Counted from the stretch's first letter, positions 30,638 through 41,086 are shown. The stretch: 64,000 nucleotides of DNA from Candidatus Obscuribacteraceae bacterium (GCA_044226015.1 JBGAHS010000001.1:1216001-1280000); one strand, 5' to 3'. Notes: a model not told the origin generated them from the letters alone. Numbers and translations are program-made.

Positions 30638-31627
30638 TTATTCACCAAATATGTCTTTGATATTTGGATATGGATCTTTGCCTTCTTTGCACAGTTCAAT
30701 ATCCTCAATTAGGCGTGCAAAGTTTCTGGCTCTTCTTGCAGCATCATCGAGGTAATTCATAAAGTCTTGCCCTTCTATATCGCTTTCTTCCAAATGAGTT
30801 CGCAACCTTGAATTTCTGATTACCGCAGCTGTGATAGCTTTTAAGATGCAGTTATCAACCGGATCGGCGTCTGGTGAATTTTTGCCACCACCGCCGCCAC
30901 CATCACCGCCGCCACCATCACCGCCGCCACCACCGCCGTCATCGCAATCACCTTTGTCGTCGTCCTTGTCTTTGTCCTCGTCGTCCCCACTGTTATTATG
31001 CCTGCCTGGATGAGGATTTGTTGGTGCGGGAGGTTCTTGTGGTTTGGGCCTAGGAACTGGCATGGGACGAGGAATCATTAGCGGTGGTACCCGCATGGCT
31101 ATTGTGCCCATCCCGCTGGAGTCTTTAGATGAAACTGGGTTATTGTCTACGTATCCATAAAGGTTTACCCCGCCGTTTTCGCCAATCGAATCTCGATTGA
31201 TGAACTTAGCTCCGTTCGCATTGTAAAATCGTGTGACCGTTGCGTACAAAGACGATCTTGAATTCAGGTAATATCCGGCGTATTGAAAATCCGAGTCTCC
31301 GGAGCCTTGGATTTTTGTTTTGACTCCGTACGGATCATAGCTATACTGCGCAATCACGCCACCGGTGGCGTCAATCATTTCTCTGATACTTCCGGGTGAA
31401 GCATCCAAAGTGTAGAAGTAATTACTTCCAACTCCGCTCACGAAGTTCCTTTGTCCCAGAGCCAAGAATAGCTTTCCGGTGCTTAAGGACCCTGTTGCGT
31501 CTCTCTCCTCTACTCTTTCAGACCGACACCACAAATGTTGCTTCGCAGACGTGACACTGCCAGCGGTGCGCTCCTCGATTTTCGTGGCGCGCGAAAGTGC
31601 ATCATACGAAAATTGGGTGATGTTTCC
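30638..31627 (-). CDS. Silent Rhs cassette 5 (frame open to 31717 through the leader)
   Basis: Site, core, NPVSSKDSSG, Pro/Asp/Gly linker, helical tip. Confidence 0.88.
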   Translation of the reverse strand, partial: GNITQFSYDALSRATKIEERTAGSVTSAKQHLWCRSERVEERDATGSLSTGKLFLALGQRNFVSGVGSNYFYTLDASPGSIREMIDATGGVIAQYSYDPYGVKTKIQGSGDSDFQYAGYYLNSRSSLYATVTRFYNANGAKFINRDSIGENGGVNLYGYVDNNPVSSKDSSGMGTIAMRVPPLMIPRPMPVPRPKPQEPPAPTNPHPGRHNNSGDDEDKDKDDDKGDCDDGGGGGGDGGGGDGGGGGGKNSPDADPVDNCILKAITAAVIRNSRLRTHLEESDIEGQDFMNYLDDAARRARNFARLIEDIELCKEGKDPYPNIKDIFGE

Positions 31628-31912
31628 GGATTTTTGAACGGTAGCTTCGTCTTTGGAAAATATGAGTCGTGCGCCTTGAAAATTTGGATTGCCACCATTT
31701 AAGGTGCCCATGGTCAAGACAGAATCTATTCACCACACTCAGCGTTTTTGCCTGTCCAGAGAGTACAGCCCCACTCTCACTGCGGCAGTTGCTATTCTTT
31801 TGGTTATCTTTTTTTTTTTGACGAACAAAACCGGTTCAAAATTTATTCTTTTGTTTTCGCTCCCTAGCAATCGCGGTCTGCTTAGCGACCTGAGATGGGA
31901 CTCTGTATTTTT

Positions 31913-32476
31913 TTACCTGAATCGATTTCGAATATCATCCCAATCGCAATCTGACTTCCATCCACCTAAAGCTAGTTCCGGATGAGCTATAAATAAGTCG
32001 GTAAAAATCTTATCGGTTTCAACCAGCAAACTCCCAATTCGTCTTCTGTAGAGTCTTTTATCTTCGTCGCTCTTGCTCAATTCATAAAGAAAACAACTTC
32101 TATTCAAGAGAAGTGTTACATGAGCCATAATTTGCCTAATTTGGATAGCAATCACTTCATCATCAAAAGCTAAGTAATTTGCTACTTTTGGACGTTTCCT
32201 TTTCTTGGAAAAATCAGTTGGCGTATTGATCTCATCTGAGCTTGAGTCTTCATTTTCAGGACTCAGAACTTCATAGGAAATATGCCTAAATTCAGGCATG
32301 CGAGCCACTTCCAATAGTTCTTCAACGTTCGCAAGGAGCTTATGCAAAAGTGGATTGAGCAACTTAATCCGCTCGGCAGGTTCTTCCTGCAATGCCCACA
32401 GGGTGTACTTTAGAATCCACTCAATTTGCTCTATTGTTTCCTCTGTAGCAACATCACCATAGTTTTGCTTATTCAT
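31913..32476 (-). CDS. Putative immunity/partner of cassette 6
   Basis: TAATG coupling at 32476. Confidence 0.6.
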   Translation of the reverse strand: MNKQNYGDVATEETIEQIEWILKYTLWALQEEPAERIKLLNPLLHKLLANVEELLEVARMPEFRHISYEVLSPENEDSSSDEINTPTDFSKKRKRPKVANYLAFDDEVIAIQIRQIMAHVTLLLNRSCFLYELSKSDEDKRLYRRRIGSLLVETDKIFTDLFIAHPELALGGWKSDCDWDDIRNRFR

Positions 32477-33399
32477 TATCTCCTCCCATTCGGTATCCAT
32501 CGGGTAAAAGTTCTGTTCCAGAATCCTGTTTTGTACCAGTCTCCGCCGAGAGAAGGACAACCGGCCCTAGCCTTACATTCATCTACACATCTACGAAATG
32601 GCCACCCTTGGGGACAATGTGTAGGCAGTTCTTTACCACAATCGTCGATGCATTTTTCTTCTACTTTTTTACATTTTGGGCTTAATGGGGTCCCCTCCCC
32701 AGTTCCAGTGCGTGGACCGAACCTTGGACCCATGCTTCGCCCCATAGCATCCCAAAGATCAGTAAATGCGGGGCCAATTTCATGTCCATGTTCCTGTATC
32801 CATTTTCCACCAATATAAATTGCCACTGCGCCACCGGCAACAATAATGATAACAGGAGCAACAACCACAGCCATACGACCATCAGGATCAATTTGATTAA
32901 TGGGATCCGAATTCACATATTGGAACAGATTAGCCCCTGAAGTTTCTTGGATGATGTCTCTACTTATGAATCTAGCTAGAGTTGAGCTGTAACCTCTGTA
33001 TTCAGATAAGCTCAAAGACGCTCGCGCTTGAAAATAATAGCTTGTAAAAAGGAAGTCGGCAGCACTTGAGCCATTGATTTTAGTGACTTGGCCAAAAGGA
33101 TCGTAAGCGTATTGCGCTTCTATAGTAGTAGTGCTTGACACAGTTTTTGTCATCTCGCGTGTTGAGCTGAGGTGATCTGCTGTATAGAAGAAATTAGTGG
33201 AAGCTCCACTACTGAAATTAGATTGACCCAGTTTTAGAAATTGTTTTCCATTGTTGAGAGAGCCAGATGCATCTCTTTCTTCGCAACGAGTTTGCTCACA
33301 CCAAAGATGTTGTTTCGTCGACGTAACACTGCCACCCGTGCGCTCCTCAATTTTTGTGGCGCGCGAAAGTGCATCATACGAAAATTGGGTGATGTTCCC
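32476..33399 (-). CDS. Silent Rhs cassette 6, Cys-rich tip
   Basis: Open frame checked manually from the site; DPINQIDPDG; CKKVEEKCIDDC..CVDECKARAGC. Confidence 0.88.
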   Translation of the reverse strand, partial: GNITQFSYDALSRATKIEERTGGSVTSTKQHLWCEQTRCEERDASGSLNNGKQFLKLGQSNFSSGASTNFFYTADHLSSTREMTKTVSSTTTIEAQYAYDPFGQVTKINGSSAADFLFTSYYFQARASLSLSEYRGYSSTLARFISRDIIQETSGANLFQYVNSDPINQIDPDGRMAVVVAPVIIIVAGGAVAIYIGGKWIQEHGHEIGPAFTDLWDAMGRSMGPRFGPRTGTGEGTPLSPKCKKVEEKCIDDCGKELPTHCPQGWPFRRCVDECKARAGCPSLGGDWYKTGFWNRTFTRWIPNGRR

Positions 33400-33529
33400 G
33401 GTGCAGGCAACTTGGATCCTCGATGTTTTCTGGTTGCGCTTGGTTTGGAGTATTTCGAGTGCTGCGTGTATTGCGACTGTATGCTATTCTTAAATCCAAA
33501 GGTCGCAGCAAGCAATAGGAGCGTAAAGT

Positions 33530-33991
33530 ATGACGAGATCAAGCTTGGAACAACGCTCTATACTGCCGACGCCCGCCGATATAGAAGTCGCTAAGGCTTC
33601 GGAACCGAAGATTTGGGACATGATTGCGGCGAAAAAATCACCGCCCAGATACACAGTTTCAGATAGCAGAGGCACTAGCATCGAGTTAAGCGAGGCCGTA
33701 TTTAAGGTGCTGCTGGAAGCACTTAGAGCGATGGCTTGTGGGAACGCAGTTATGCTGGCGCCGATTGAAGCCGAAGTGACAACACAACAAGCAGCTGAAT
33801 TGCTCAATGTGTCTCGTCCTTTTTTGGTTGGACTGCTGGAGCAGGGCAAAATTCCATTTCGCATGGTAGGCAGATATCGCCGAATCAAATATCAGGACAT
33901 CCTGGACTATCAGGCTCGCAGAAGTCACCGCCGCAAACAAGCAATGGGTGAGTTGGTTTCATAAGCGCAAGATCTTAAGCTTGGTTACTAG
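33530..33991 (+). pseudogene. Excisionase-like HTH antitoxin with a premature stop near the C-terminus
   Basis: EVTTQQAAELLNVSRPFLVGLLEQGKIPF..VGRYRRI; ELVS*AQDLKLGY*. Confidence 0.8.
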
Positions 33992-33998
33992 ATAATTA

Positions 33999-34141
33999 AT
34001 GGACCACAATTCCGCTGTTGTCTACGACGCATGTGTGCTGTTTCCTGCGCCTCTACTTCATCTCTTGGTGGAGTTAGCAGCCGAGGCGCATGACGCCGGC
34101 TTGTTTAGAGCTAAATGGACTGCACGAATTCATGATGAATG
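33999..34141 (+). pseudogene. Truncated PIN-domain toxin
   Basis: MDHNSAVVYDACVLFPAPL..GLFRAKWTARIHDE* directly after the HTH gene. Confidence 0.75.
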
Positions 34142-34353
34142 AAGTCGCCGGTGATGATGAGAAGCCTGTTGTCTTGAACGATACCAAAACTTTGGAAAGC
34201 TGATAACGAGAATGCCTTGCTCGCTAAGTGCTTTTCCTCAAGTGTGAAAACTCGCGTTCCATAACCGAGAATGCCACAACAACAGCGATTTATATATTAC
34301 TGCATCGTGAATTCCAATTTGCAATTTGCCATGTCCTGTTGTTCACGAGTAAA

Positions 34354-35445
34354 TCAGCCCTTTGGCAGATCAGATTCTGACAAAGATTGCCCGGACTGAA
34401 CCTTCTGCATGAATTTCTCAACCTCCACAGATAGAGCCTTGTACTTCAGTACGCGATTCATTTTCAAGATCCTCAAACTCTGTTTTTTACCGGCAGATAG
34501 ATTTGAATCATCAACAGAAATTTGATCATCCTTCGACAGAGCGAGCAAGTAATTCCTCAAAAAATTCAATACCAAATTGGTTTGACCCATGCTTAAAACT
34601 TGAAGAATGAAACCAAGGTCGATGTCTTTCGGATAGCAAACAGTTGAAGCGCAGATTGCACCTAAATGCACTTCTGCTTCAGGAAAATTATCTTCCAGAA
34701 GGCAAGCTTTAAGCATTGCTAGCTTTCCCCAGAAGAAAGCGAAAGGCAAAATCGTCCCAATAGGATTTTCTGCGAGAGAAAGCAAAATGCCTCCGCATCG
34801 CTTGGCTGAACCTGGCATTTCTTTGAGCAAGGAAAGCGAAATCAGATCATTCAGCATCATTTGCTTATAGGTGTTTACATAAGAAGAACTATCATCGACA
34901 AATTCCAATGCCTTTTCTAAATAATCTATAGCGAGAGTGACGCATTCGTTTGATCGTGGACCAGAGCGATATGATTGCTCTGTATAGAGCTGAGCAAGCG
35001 CTGTAAGCCACTTGAGTTGGTTAGTTGGATCAACAGATAGTCCCCTGGAAAAAAGCTTTTCGCTTATCTGTTCGTCGAATAACTGGTGAAATTTTGCAGC
35101 ATTAAAAATGATGGCAGCGTTTTCAGGGTTTCGTTCCAGAGCGTCCAGCCACAGAGCAGATATACTCTTGTAATGATCGTCATTTCTATCGAATGTTATC
35201 TGAGCTAGAATTTCAAGATTGGCACTAGTCTTGATCAACTCAGCTAGAAGTGCTGAGAATTTGGTTAAAGAGTTTTCGTCAGAAGAAACTCTCAAACATC
35301 CTAAAAGCGATATTTTCTGCAACAAAGTTGCACGCCCTGTTTCTAAGGCTGTTTCAATAGTCATTCTCTCGTTTTTTGATAGCTGCGAGCCTTGATTGTA
35401 GGAATAAAGCAGGACTGCTGTTGATTCCGGATCAGAAAATTGCAT
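34354..35445 (-). CDS. TPR-like helical protein downstream of a Cys-rich tip remnant
   Basis: WLDALERNPENAAIIFNAAKF..DPTN..W..ALAQLY; similar to 52316-53155. Confidence 0.65.
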   Translation of the reverse strand: MQFSDPESTAVLLYSYNQGSQLSKNERMTIETALETGRATLLQKISLLGCLRVSSDENSLTKFSALLAELIKTSANLEILAQITFDRNDDHYKSISALWLDALERNPENAAIIFNAAKFHQLFDEQISEKLFSRGLSVDPTNQLKWLTALAQLYTEQSYRSGPRSNECVTLAIDYLEKALEFVDDSSSYVNTYKQMMLNDLISLSLLKEMPGSAKRCGGILLSLAENPIGTILPFAFFWGKLAMLKACLLEDNFPEAEVHLGAICASTVCYPKDIDLGFILQVLSMGQTNLVLNFLRNYLLALSKDDQISVDDSNLSAGKKQSLRILKMNRVLKYKALSVEVEKFMQKVQSGQSLSESDLPKG

Positions 35446-35551
35446 GGTACTTCTTCCAAATGCTACGTGAATATATTCTATGCCAGTCTTCTAATTAAGG
35501 ACAGATTCCTTCGGAATACGATTACCGCGAAAGGCAAGTGAATCCGATTCT

Positions 35552-36079
35552 CTATTGACCACTACCAGGTTCTCCTCGCTCCCATAGGGCATCAATGCAG
35601 TTTTTCCAGTGACTGCCTGGGAATTTTGGTTCGTTGGACCTCTTACAAGCCTCACCTTTGCCATGGCAGCAGCTAATACATTCTTGATACTGTTTTTCAT
35701 CTGGAGCTAAACCTTCAGGTCCCACCCAGTAAGCGCAGGCTGACTTGCATTTTTCAGTGTTGGTATCACAACATCCATGATCATCCTTCTTGCGATATAC
35801 AATCTTCATTTTCCGAGGATGTACCTTCAGCATGTGCTTGGAAAACCGTCGCACAATCATGTCTCGCATGCAGTTCGCTTGCTTCTGCGTTTCGCAGTGA
35901 ACAAGCGCGTCGTCTGCATATCTCGTGAATGGTACATCTGGGAAGCTTTTGGATAGCCAACTGTCGAACACGTGGTGCAAAACGATGTTACTCAACAAGG
36001 GTAAAATAACTGAGCCCTGAGGGCTTCCGCTCTTTCTTTCTTCCAATGTTCCATTCTGCTGAACACCACCACAAGTCAT
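35552..36079 (-). pseudogene. Group II intron reverse transcriptase fragment fused in frame to a Cys-rich tip remnant
   Basis: GSPQGSVILPLLSNIVLH..FTRYADD..LKVHPRKMKIVY, then an abrupt switch to HGCCD..CKSAC..CISCC. Confidence 0.8.
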
Positions 36080-36186
36080 TCACCGATCAAAGACTGGTTC
36101 AAATGGTCCACGACTGAAACAAACACCATTCCTGTCATTTATTGCACGCACGCTGTGAAGCACGATAGGATTAAGAATATGTCACT

Positions 36187-36651
36187 TTAATGAAGTTCCA
36201 GCGCAAGCTGTCTTGATTTATGAGCCTTCATATGGATCAAAACCTTCCACTGCTTTCCGTCACGGGTCAGTTGCGCGCTCATAGATTCATAAATATGTTT
36301 ATTTTCTGGGGAAGTCGGAAATGGACTACGAAATTCCAACGGAAGATTTCCAATAGATTGAATACAAATGAGATTAAACATAGCGTTCTTGCTTTTTTTC
36401 AATGGTCTTATATTCTGCACTTTGCCTACTTCGTTGATCGAAAAAAAACACTGGCTTGAGGCTTCTTTAGCCGAGGTATCTATCTTTTCCGCACAAGCTT
36501 TTTGCACATTTTGAGCAAGAACATTCTCCATCTTGTGGTGCCAGTCCGCCCATGAAGGAGACTCATAAAAGGGCGCCGAAAGATCAGTGCTCCACGATGG
36601 TGTGATCACCGAGGCGGAAAAGAAAATGGCTAGAAGTGCTACGTTCCTCAT
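36187..36651 (-). CDS. Secreted putative immunity protein of cassette 7 (TonB-C-like)
   Basis: ATGA overlap with the tip stop; signal peptide. Confidence 0.6.
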   Translation of the reverse strand: MRNVALLAIFFSASVITPSWSTDLSAPFYESPSWADWHHKMENVLAQNVQKACAEKIDTSAKEASSQCFFSINEVGKVQNIRPLKKSKNAMFNLICIQSIGNLPLEFRSPFPTSPENKHIYESMSAQLTRDGKQWKVLIHMKAHKSRQLALELH

Positions 36652-37616
36652 GGCGTAACTTTCAATCTGATCTGTCGTGGAGGATTATATTCTTCGTAAG
36701 GCAGTCCTGACATAGTACGTGAGAAATTTTCCAGCAGCATGGAGTATTTCTCCCAGTCGGGTGTGGATCCCCGATGCGATGGAGGATCGTAATTTGGATC
36801 CTCAGGACTTTGAACTCCTAAGACTATTCCAAGAGCATGCCCTATCTCGTGAGCTAGATTGATTTTTGAGGGGCATTTGCGTCGTCGGTTGCCTTCAGAT
36901 GAATCATGGCCTAAGTGAATCATAATTGCCCCACCACTAAATTCTGTAGTCGAAGGAGCAGTTCCACCCTCAATGTCTTGCATAATGAAAATGTTTCGAT
37001 CTGAATTTTCCAAGAAGTCCATGACGCTGGGCATTTCCTTTTGGAGAGTTTGAAAATCGGAATTCATTTGATCATCCCCCGTCACCCAGAATTTCAATCC
37101 AAGTGGATCTGAAAATATAGTGGACATATTCCTTACATAGCCATAGAGATTGATGCCACCGCGTTCAGCGATTGGATCGCGGCTAATGAATCTTCCCAGC
37201 CCAGCATTATAAGCCCTATATACCGGCATGTTGAGTCCACTTCGAGCATGGGCATAATATCCAGCATACTGCATATCAGCTGACACGGAGCCACTCACGA
37301 AGGTTTCAGTCACCACACCATAAGGATCAAAGCCGTATCTAGTCTTAATGGCACCAGCTGAATCGGTGAGTTCTCTGCTAGAACCAAGGTGGTCGCGGGT
37401 GTAGAAATACTTCGGAGGCGTCCCTGAAGCGAAATTAGCCTGTCCCATAATAAAGAACTGCTTCCCATTGCTTAGACTGCCTGAGCCATCTCTTTCTTCG
37501 CAGCGTGATGAGCCGCACCAGACATGTTGCTTCGTAGAAGTGACACTACTAGCGGTGGTTTCCACAATCTTGACGCATCGGCTAGCCGCATCATACGAAA
37601 ATTGGGTGATGTTTCT
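36648..37616 (-). CDS. Silent Rhs cassette 7, zincin metallopeptidase-like tip
   Basis: Site, core, FSDPLG; NLAHEIGHALG (HExxH) with downstream Glu (EKYSMLLEN). Confidence 0.85.
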   Translation of the reverse strand, partial: RNITQFSYDAASRCVKIVETTASSVTSTKQHVWCGSSRCEERDGSGSLSNGKQFFIMGQANFASGTPPKYFYTRDHLGSSRELTDSAGAIKTRYGFDPYGVVTETFVSGSVSADMQYAGYYAHARSGLNMPVYRAYNAGLGRFISRDPIAERGGINLYGYVRNMSTIFSDPLGLKFWVTGDDQMNSDFQTLQKEMPSVMDFLENSDRNIFIMQDIEGGTAPSTTEFSGGAIMIHLGHDSSEGNRRRKCPSKINLAHEIGHALGIVLGVQSPEDPNYDPPSHRGSTPDWEKYSMLLENFSRTMSGLPYEEYNPPRQIRLKVTP

Positions 37617-37682
37617 GGTGCAATTTGAATGGATTTCAGCGGAGCAAGAAGTTATTCACGCCTGCCCTCCGGGTAACAAGGA

Positions 37683-37772
37683 CGCAATTCGACGACTACA
37701 CGCAGGCATGTTTGTAGGCAACGGTGATAAGCAAAACATTTCTGAAGCTTGTCGTCCAAGTCGCATTGCTGC
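37683..37772 (-). pseudogene. FimB/FimE-like tyrosine recombinase remnant (box I region)
   Basis: With small indels reads AAMRLGRQSFRNVLLITVAYKH.LRV..VVELR. Confidence 0.6.
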
Positions 37773-37859
37773 AAGTGCAATTTGTTAGCTCGTTCAGGTT
37801 GTTGTAGCCATAGGCTGTGTCCAGTACCTGGCTCAAGCGCTCTTGTAACTTACAGATTG

Positions 37860-38432
37860 TTAGCCAGCTTGTTTCTTGCCGTATTTCTTCTTTTGCTCAG
37901 TTCGCAATTCCTGGTCTAGAATATCACTTATCTGATCCAATCTAAGCTTCACATGTCTTTTTAAAACAGGTTCCGCATTCAGATAGACATTGCTGAAAAG
38001 TACATTAGCTTCCGTGAGTACTTTGTTGTAGTTGCATTCGGCAGAAACACGCTCATTTGAAAGCGGGACCATTTCTGGAATCTGCGCTTTGAGTGCAAGT
38101 GCCTGCGCAAACAATCTATCAGCTTTTTCTGTAATTTCTACAGGTGTCAGCAGTCTCTCTATTTTGTGTTCATTCTCGCGAACATGTTGCGTGATAACTT
38201 TGCGCACATATGGTTGATAGCCAATACCTTCAAGCCGGGCGAGTTGTTTCATTTGCTCGATTAGTATTTTGGGCATTCGAATCGAAATCAATTGCAACCC
38301 GGTAGCATCATCCAAAGCTTGTTGTTGCACTTCAGACGCAGGGCGTGCATGCTCCTCCGAAGCACCTAACTCTTTATTATCCCATCGCTCTGCATCTTCA
38401 TCAAATCGGCCAATGTCTTTCCTGCTAACCAT
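37860..38432 (-). CDS. CopG/BrnA-like RHH antitoxin with C-terminal extension
   Basis: WDNKELGASEEH..LDDATGLQLISIRMPKILIEQMKQLARLEGIGYQPY. Confidence 0.75.
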   Translation of the reverse strand: MVSRKDIGRFDEDAERWDNKELGASEEHARPASEVQQQALDDATGLQLISIRMPKILIEQMKQLARLEGIGYQPYVRKVITQHVRENEHKIERLLTPVEITEKADRLFAQALALKAQIPEMVPLSNERVSAECNYNKVLTEANVLFSNVYLNAEPVLKRHVKLRLDQISDILDQELRTEQKKKYGKKQAG

Positions 38433-38434
38433 GT

Positions 38435-38730
38435 TTAAAGCCTCACCGAGTATTTTTGGTAAATGCGTTCTTCGTTTTCATCAGGCTCATAAGCTGACTT
38501 GATCACAACTTCCAAAGCCGTCAGCTGAATGAAGACAATCTTCAAACGTCTGCCTAAGTCGTTCTCTGAGATGAACCATTGTGTTGGAGGATCGGTCCTG
38601 TGTTCTTCGCGATCGTCTAACATTGCAGATTTAGTTTGGTTGCCGAAGCACTGGAGAATATCGAACTGATCTACACCGTGACGATCACGTAGTTTCTTTT
38701 TTCGATTTCATTGCTAATTAGCAGTATCAC
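38435..38730 (-). pseudogene. BrnT-like toxin, frameshifted in an A-run near 38700
   Basis: GAGGAG RBS + GTG 38730; KLRDRHGV..QCFGN..DDREEHRTDPPTQWFISE..GRRLKIVF..IKSAYEP. Confidence 0.7.
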
Positions 38731-38829
38731 GGACTCGCTCCTCGTATGTACAAGTCAATTAAGTCCGGCAGAATTTATGGCTCCTGCAACAATACCCTTT
38801 TTGGGTGCTTTTTTGGTAATCCCGGGCTT

Positions 38830-39016
38830 TCCACCTCGAATTTCAATTCATCGGTCTCTGCCGTTTGGATTTGAGACTCAAGTGCTTTAGCCGGGTTTTC
38901 TTGCGCGCGCAGGCAATACTGCAACGTCAAAATGTTCGGCCATGTGCAGAAAATCGGGGTTGATTTCTGGTTCGTATCGGTCGGCCCTTGTTACAACGCC
39001 TTTCGGATTGTCTGGC
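38830..39016 (-). pseudogene. istA: IS21 relic, 3' part (istA continuation joined to an istB-like N-terminal stub)
   Basis: PDNPKGVVTRADRYEPEINPDFLHMAEHFDVAVLPARARKP, then KALESQIQTAETDELKFE. Confidence 0.75.
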
Positions 39017-39143
39017 TTTTGTGTCCAAAGGAAATATGTGGCCGATTAGCGGCCGCACGGCTGTGCGGCTGGGGGAGCCCTTTGACCGCGGCACATAATT
39101 GTCAAAGTGAATTTAGCCAATTTAGCAAATCCTTGTCGTCACG

Positions 39144-40103
39144 TCATCGAGTATTTTGGCGGTGCTTCTCTTCCGATACAGGTGGACGACAAGCTTCAAG
39201 TGCGGCTGACTTCGAACGCATGCTGATCTCCGCATAACGGTTTGTTGTATCTAAACTGACGTGACCAAGCCAGCCTCGAATAACATTCATTTCTACACCT
39301 GATTCAAGGAGGTGAATCGCTGTCGAGTGCCTGAATACGTGGGGAGAGACGGATTTTGGTGTCCCATCAACTCGCTTTTTGGAAATTTCTGTGGTGTACC
39401 TTCGAACGATTTTGTAGATTCCAAATCGAGTCAGAGCGTTTCCCTTCCGAGATTGGAATACCGAAACGTCCGGTTCATGTCCTCGCTGCAAAAGCAGCTC
39501 CCGAAGCGCAGCTGCCGTTTCTGACCACAGCGGGCAGAGTCGCCATTTACCTCCTTTTCCATACAGTCTGACAAGTAACCGCTCTAGATCAATCTGGTCT
39601 GAACGCAAACTCGCAATCTCCTGCACTCTTGCTCCCGTGTTGTACATGAAGAGCAGAAGCGTTTTGTCCCTTAGCGACAAATTAGAATTGGCATGAGAAG
39701 AAGCGCTTTTCAAAATAACACCTACTTCCTCTTTCTCCAAAAAGAATGTTTCAGGCGGATGACATCGTTTGCTTCGAATTGCCGAGATTCGTTTGGCTTC
39801 TGCGACGAATTCAGGTGCTCGAAGCGCCAGATATTCGAAAAATGTATGGAGCACTGCAAGTCGCTGATTGCGCGTTCGCACTGAACATTTGCGTTTTTCC
39901 TCTAACCAATTCAGGAATTGCAGCACAAGCTCCATTGTAAAATGCCTTTCTTCCAACTTAGTTACTTTGCACTTAGCCTGCTGTGACGCATAGAGCAAGA
40001 ATATGCGGAGGCAATCGCGGTAGCTTTTTACAGTTGAAACACGCAGCCCTCGCTGCATTGGCAAGTAATCAACAAAAAAGGATTGTAAAATTAAGCCGAT
40101 CAT
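39144..40103 (-). CDS. ritC: RIT tyrosine recombinase C
   Basis: YNTGARVQE, GKGGKWR, SPHVFRHS, LGHVSLDTTNRY. Confidence 0.9.
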   Translation of the reverse strand: MIGLILQSFFVDYLPMQRGLRVSTVKSYRDCLRIFLLYASQQAKCKVTKLEERHFTMELVLQFLNWLEEKRKCSVRTRNQRLAVLHTFFEYLALRAPEFVAEAKRISAIRSKRCHPPETFFLEKEEVGVILKSASSHANSNLSLRDKTLLLFMYNTGARVQEIASLRSDQIDLERLLVRLYGKGGKWRLCPLWSETAAALRELLLQRGHEPDVSVFQSRKGNALTRFGIYKIVRRYTTEISKKRVDGTPKSVSPHVFRHSTAIHLLESGVEMNVIRGWLGHVSLDTTNRYAEISMRSKSAALEACRPPVSEEKHRQNTR

Positions 40104-41086
40104 TTCAATTCCTCCTTCAACACTGGGGAAGCAAATTTGTGGAAGCGATGATTCGCCTCGTTTAACAAGTCGGTGGTGATGGTCAAATAAACTGCAGTAG
40201 ACTCCAGGCTCACATGTCCCATGAAAACAGATAAGTAGAGTAATCTCTGTGACGGATTTGCTCCTTCTCGGTACCAGCGCAACAAAGTGTTGACGGCAAA
40301 TGAATGTCGCAAGTCATGCAAACGAGGTGCCATTTCACCTTCAGAAGAGCTGATCTGCATTTGTAGTACAAGCTGATGAAAGATTTGACTGATTGTGCAA
40401 GGATTGATCGGACGACGTTCCTTTCCTCGAAACCAGAAAACTGGATCCAAGCCAGCCGACTTGTTGCCACACTCGTCGATGAATTCATTTAAGCGCTGGC
40501 CAAGCTTCGGCCCCATAGGTACCAGACGCGTTTTAGAAAACTTGGTCTCCTTGATAATGAGGATGTTTTTCTCAAAATCCACGTGCCCTATTTTCAAACG
40601 AGATATTTCACCCACTCTTAATCCAAGTCCATAAATCAGGGCGAATATCAATTGGTACATTTTTCCCCGATTCAGAGCATTTGGTGCATCAGGCAGTCGA
40701 CCTGCCAAAAGCAAGATCTCTTTAACTTCTTCATGCTTTAGAATGTGAGGTCTCAGTTGAGCAACTGCACGACGGGATACGGCGCGAAATGGAGAAAGAG
40801 GTAGTATTTCCTGACTAACCATCCACTCAAAGAAACGTCGGACAACACCAACTAAATGATTGTAGCTGCGGGGTCGAGTCCGTGTTCTTGACGCTAAGAA
40901 GTTGTCCAAAAGTTCGGCAGTCAATTGCTCCATTGAGGAAACGCTGCATTCAACCAGATAGCGATCTAGCAGTTGAAGGGCGCGTTCTTCCGTATGGAAT
41001 TTCTTGCGTAGTGAGCGTTTGTATTGCAAGAATTGCTCAATCGATTTTGAAAGAGGACTCTTAAAACCTGTCCATTGACTATTCAT
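40100..41086 (-). CDS. ritB: RIT tyrosine recombinase B
   Basis: GLGLRVGE, ETKFSKTRLVP, RLHDLRHSFAV, MGHVSLESTAVY. Confidence 0.9.
   Translation of the reverse strand: MNSQWTGFKSPLSKSIEQFLQYKRSLRKKFHTEERALQLLDRYLVECSVSSMEQLTAELLDNFLASRTRTRPRSYNHLVGVVRRFFEWMVSQEILPLSPFRAVSRRAVAQLRPHILKHEEVKEILLLAGRLPDAPNALNRGKMYQLIFALIYGLGLRVGEISRLKIGHVDFEKNILIIKETKFSKTRLVPMGPKLGQRLNEFIDECGNKSAGLDPVFWFRGKERRPINPCTISQIFHQLVLQMQISSSEGEMAPRLHDLRHSFAVNTLLRWYREGANPSQRLLYLSVFMGHVSLESTAVYLTITTDLLNEANHRFHKFASPVLKEELK

Noticed and set aside
35552..36079. Diversity-generating retroelement or retron driving tip variation
   Set aside because: The RT is a partial group II intron-type fragment; differences between duplicated cassettes 5 and 11 are indels and mixed substitutions, not adenine-specific
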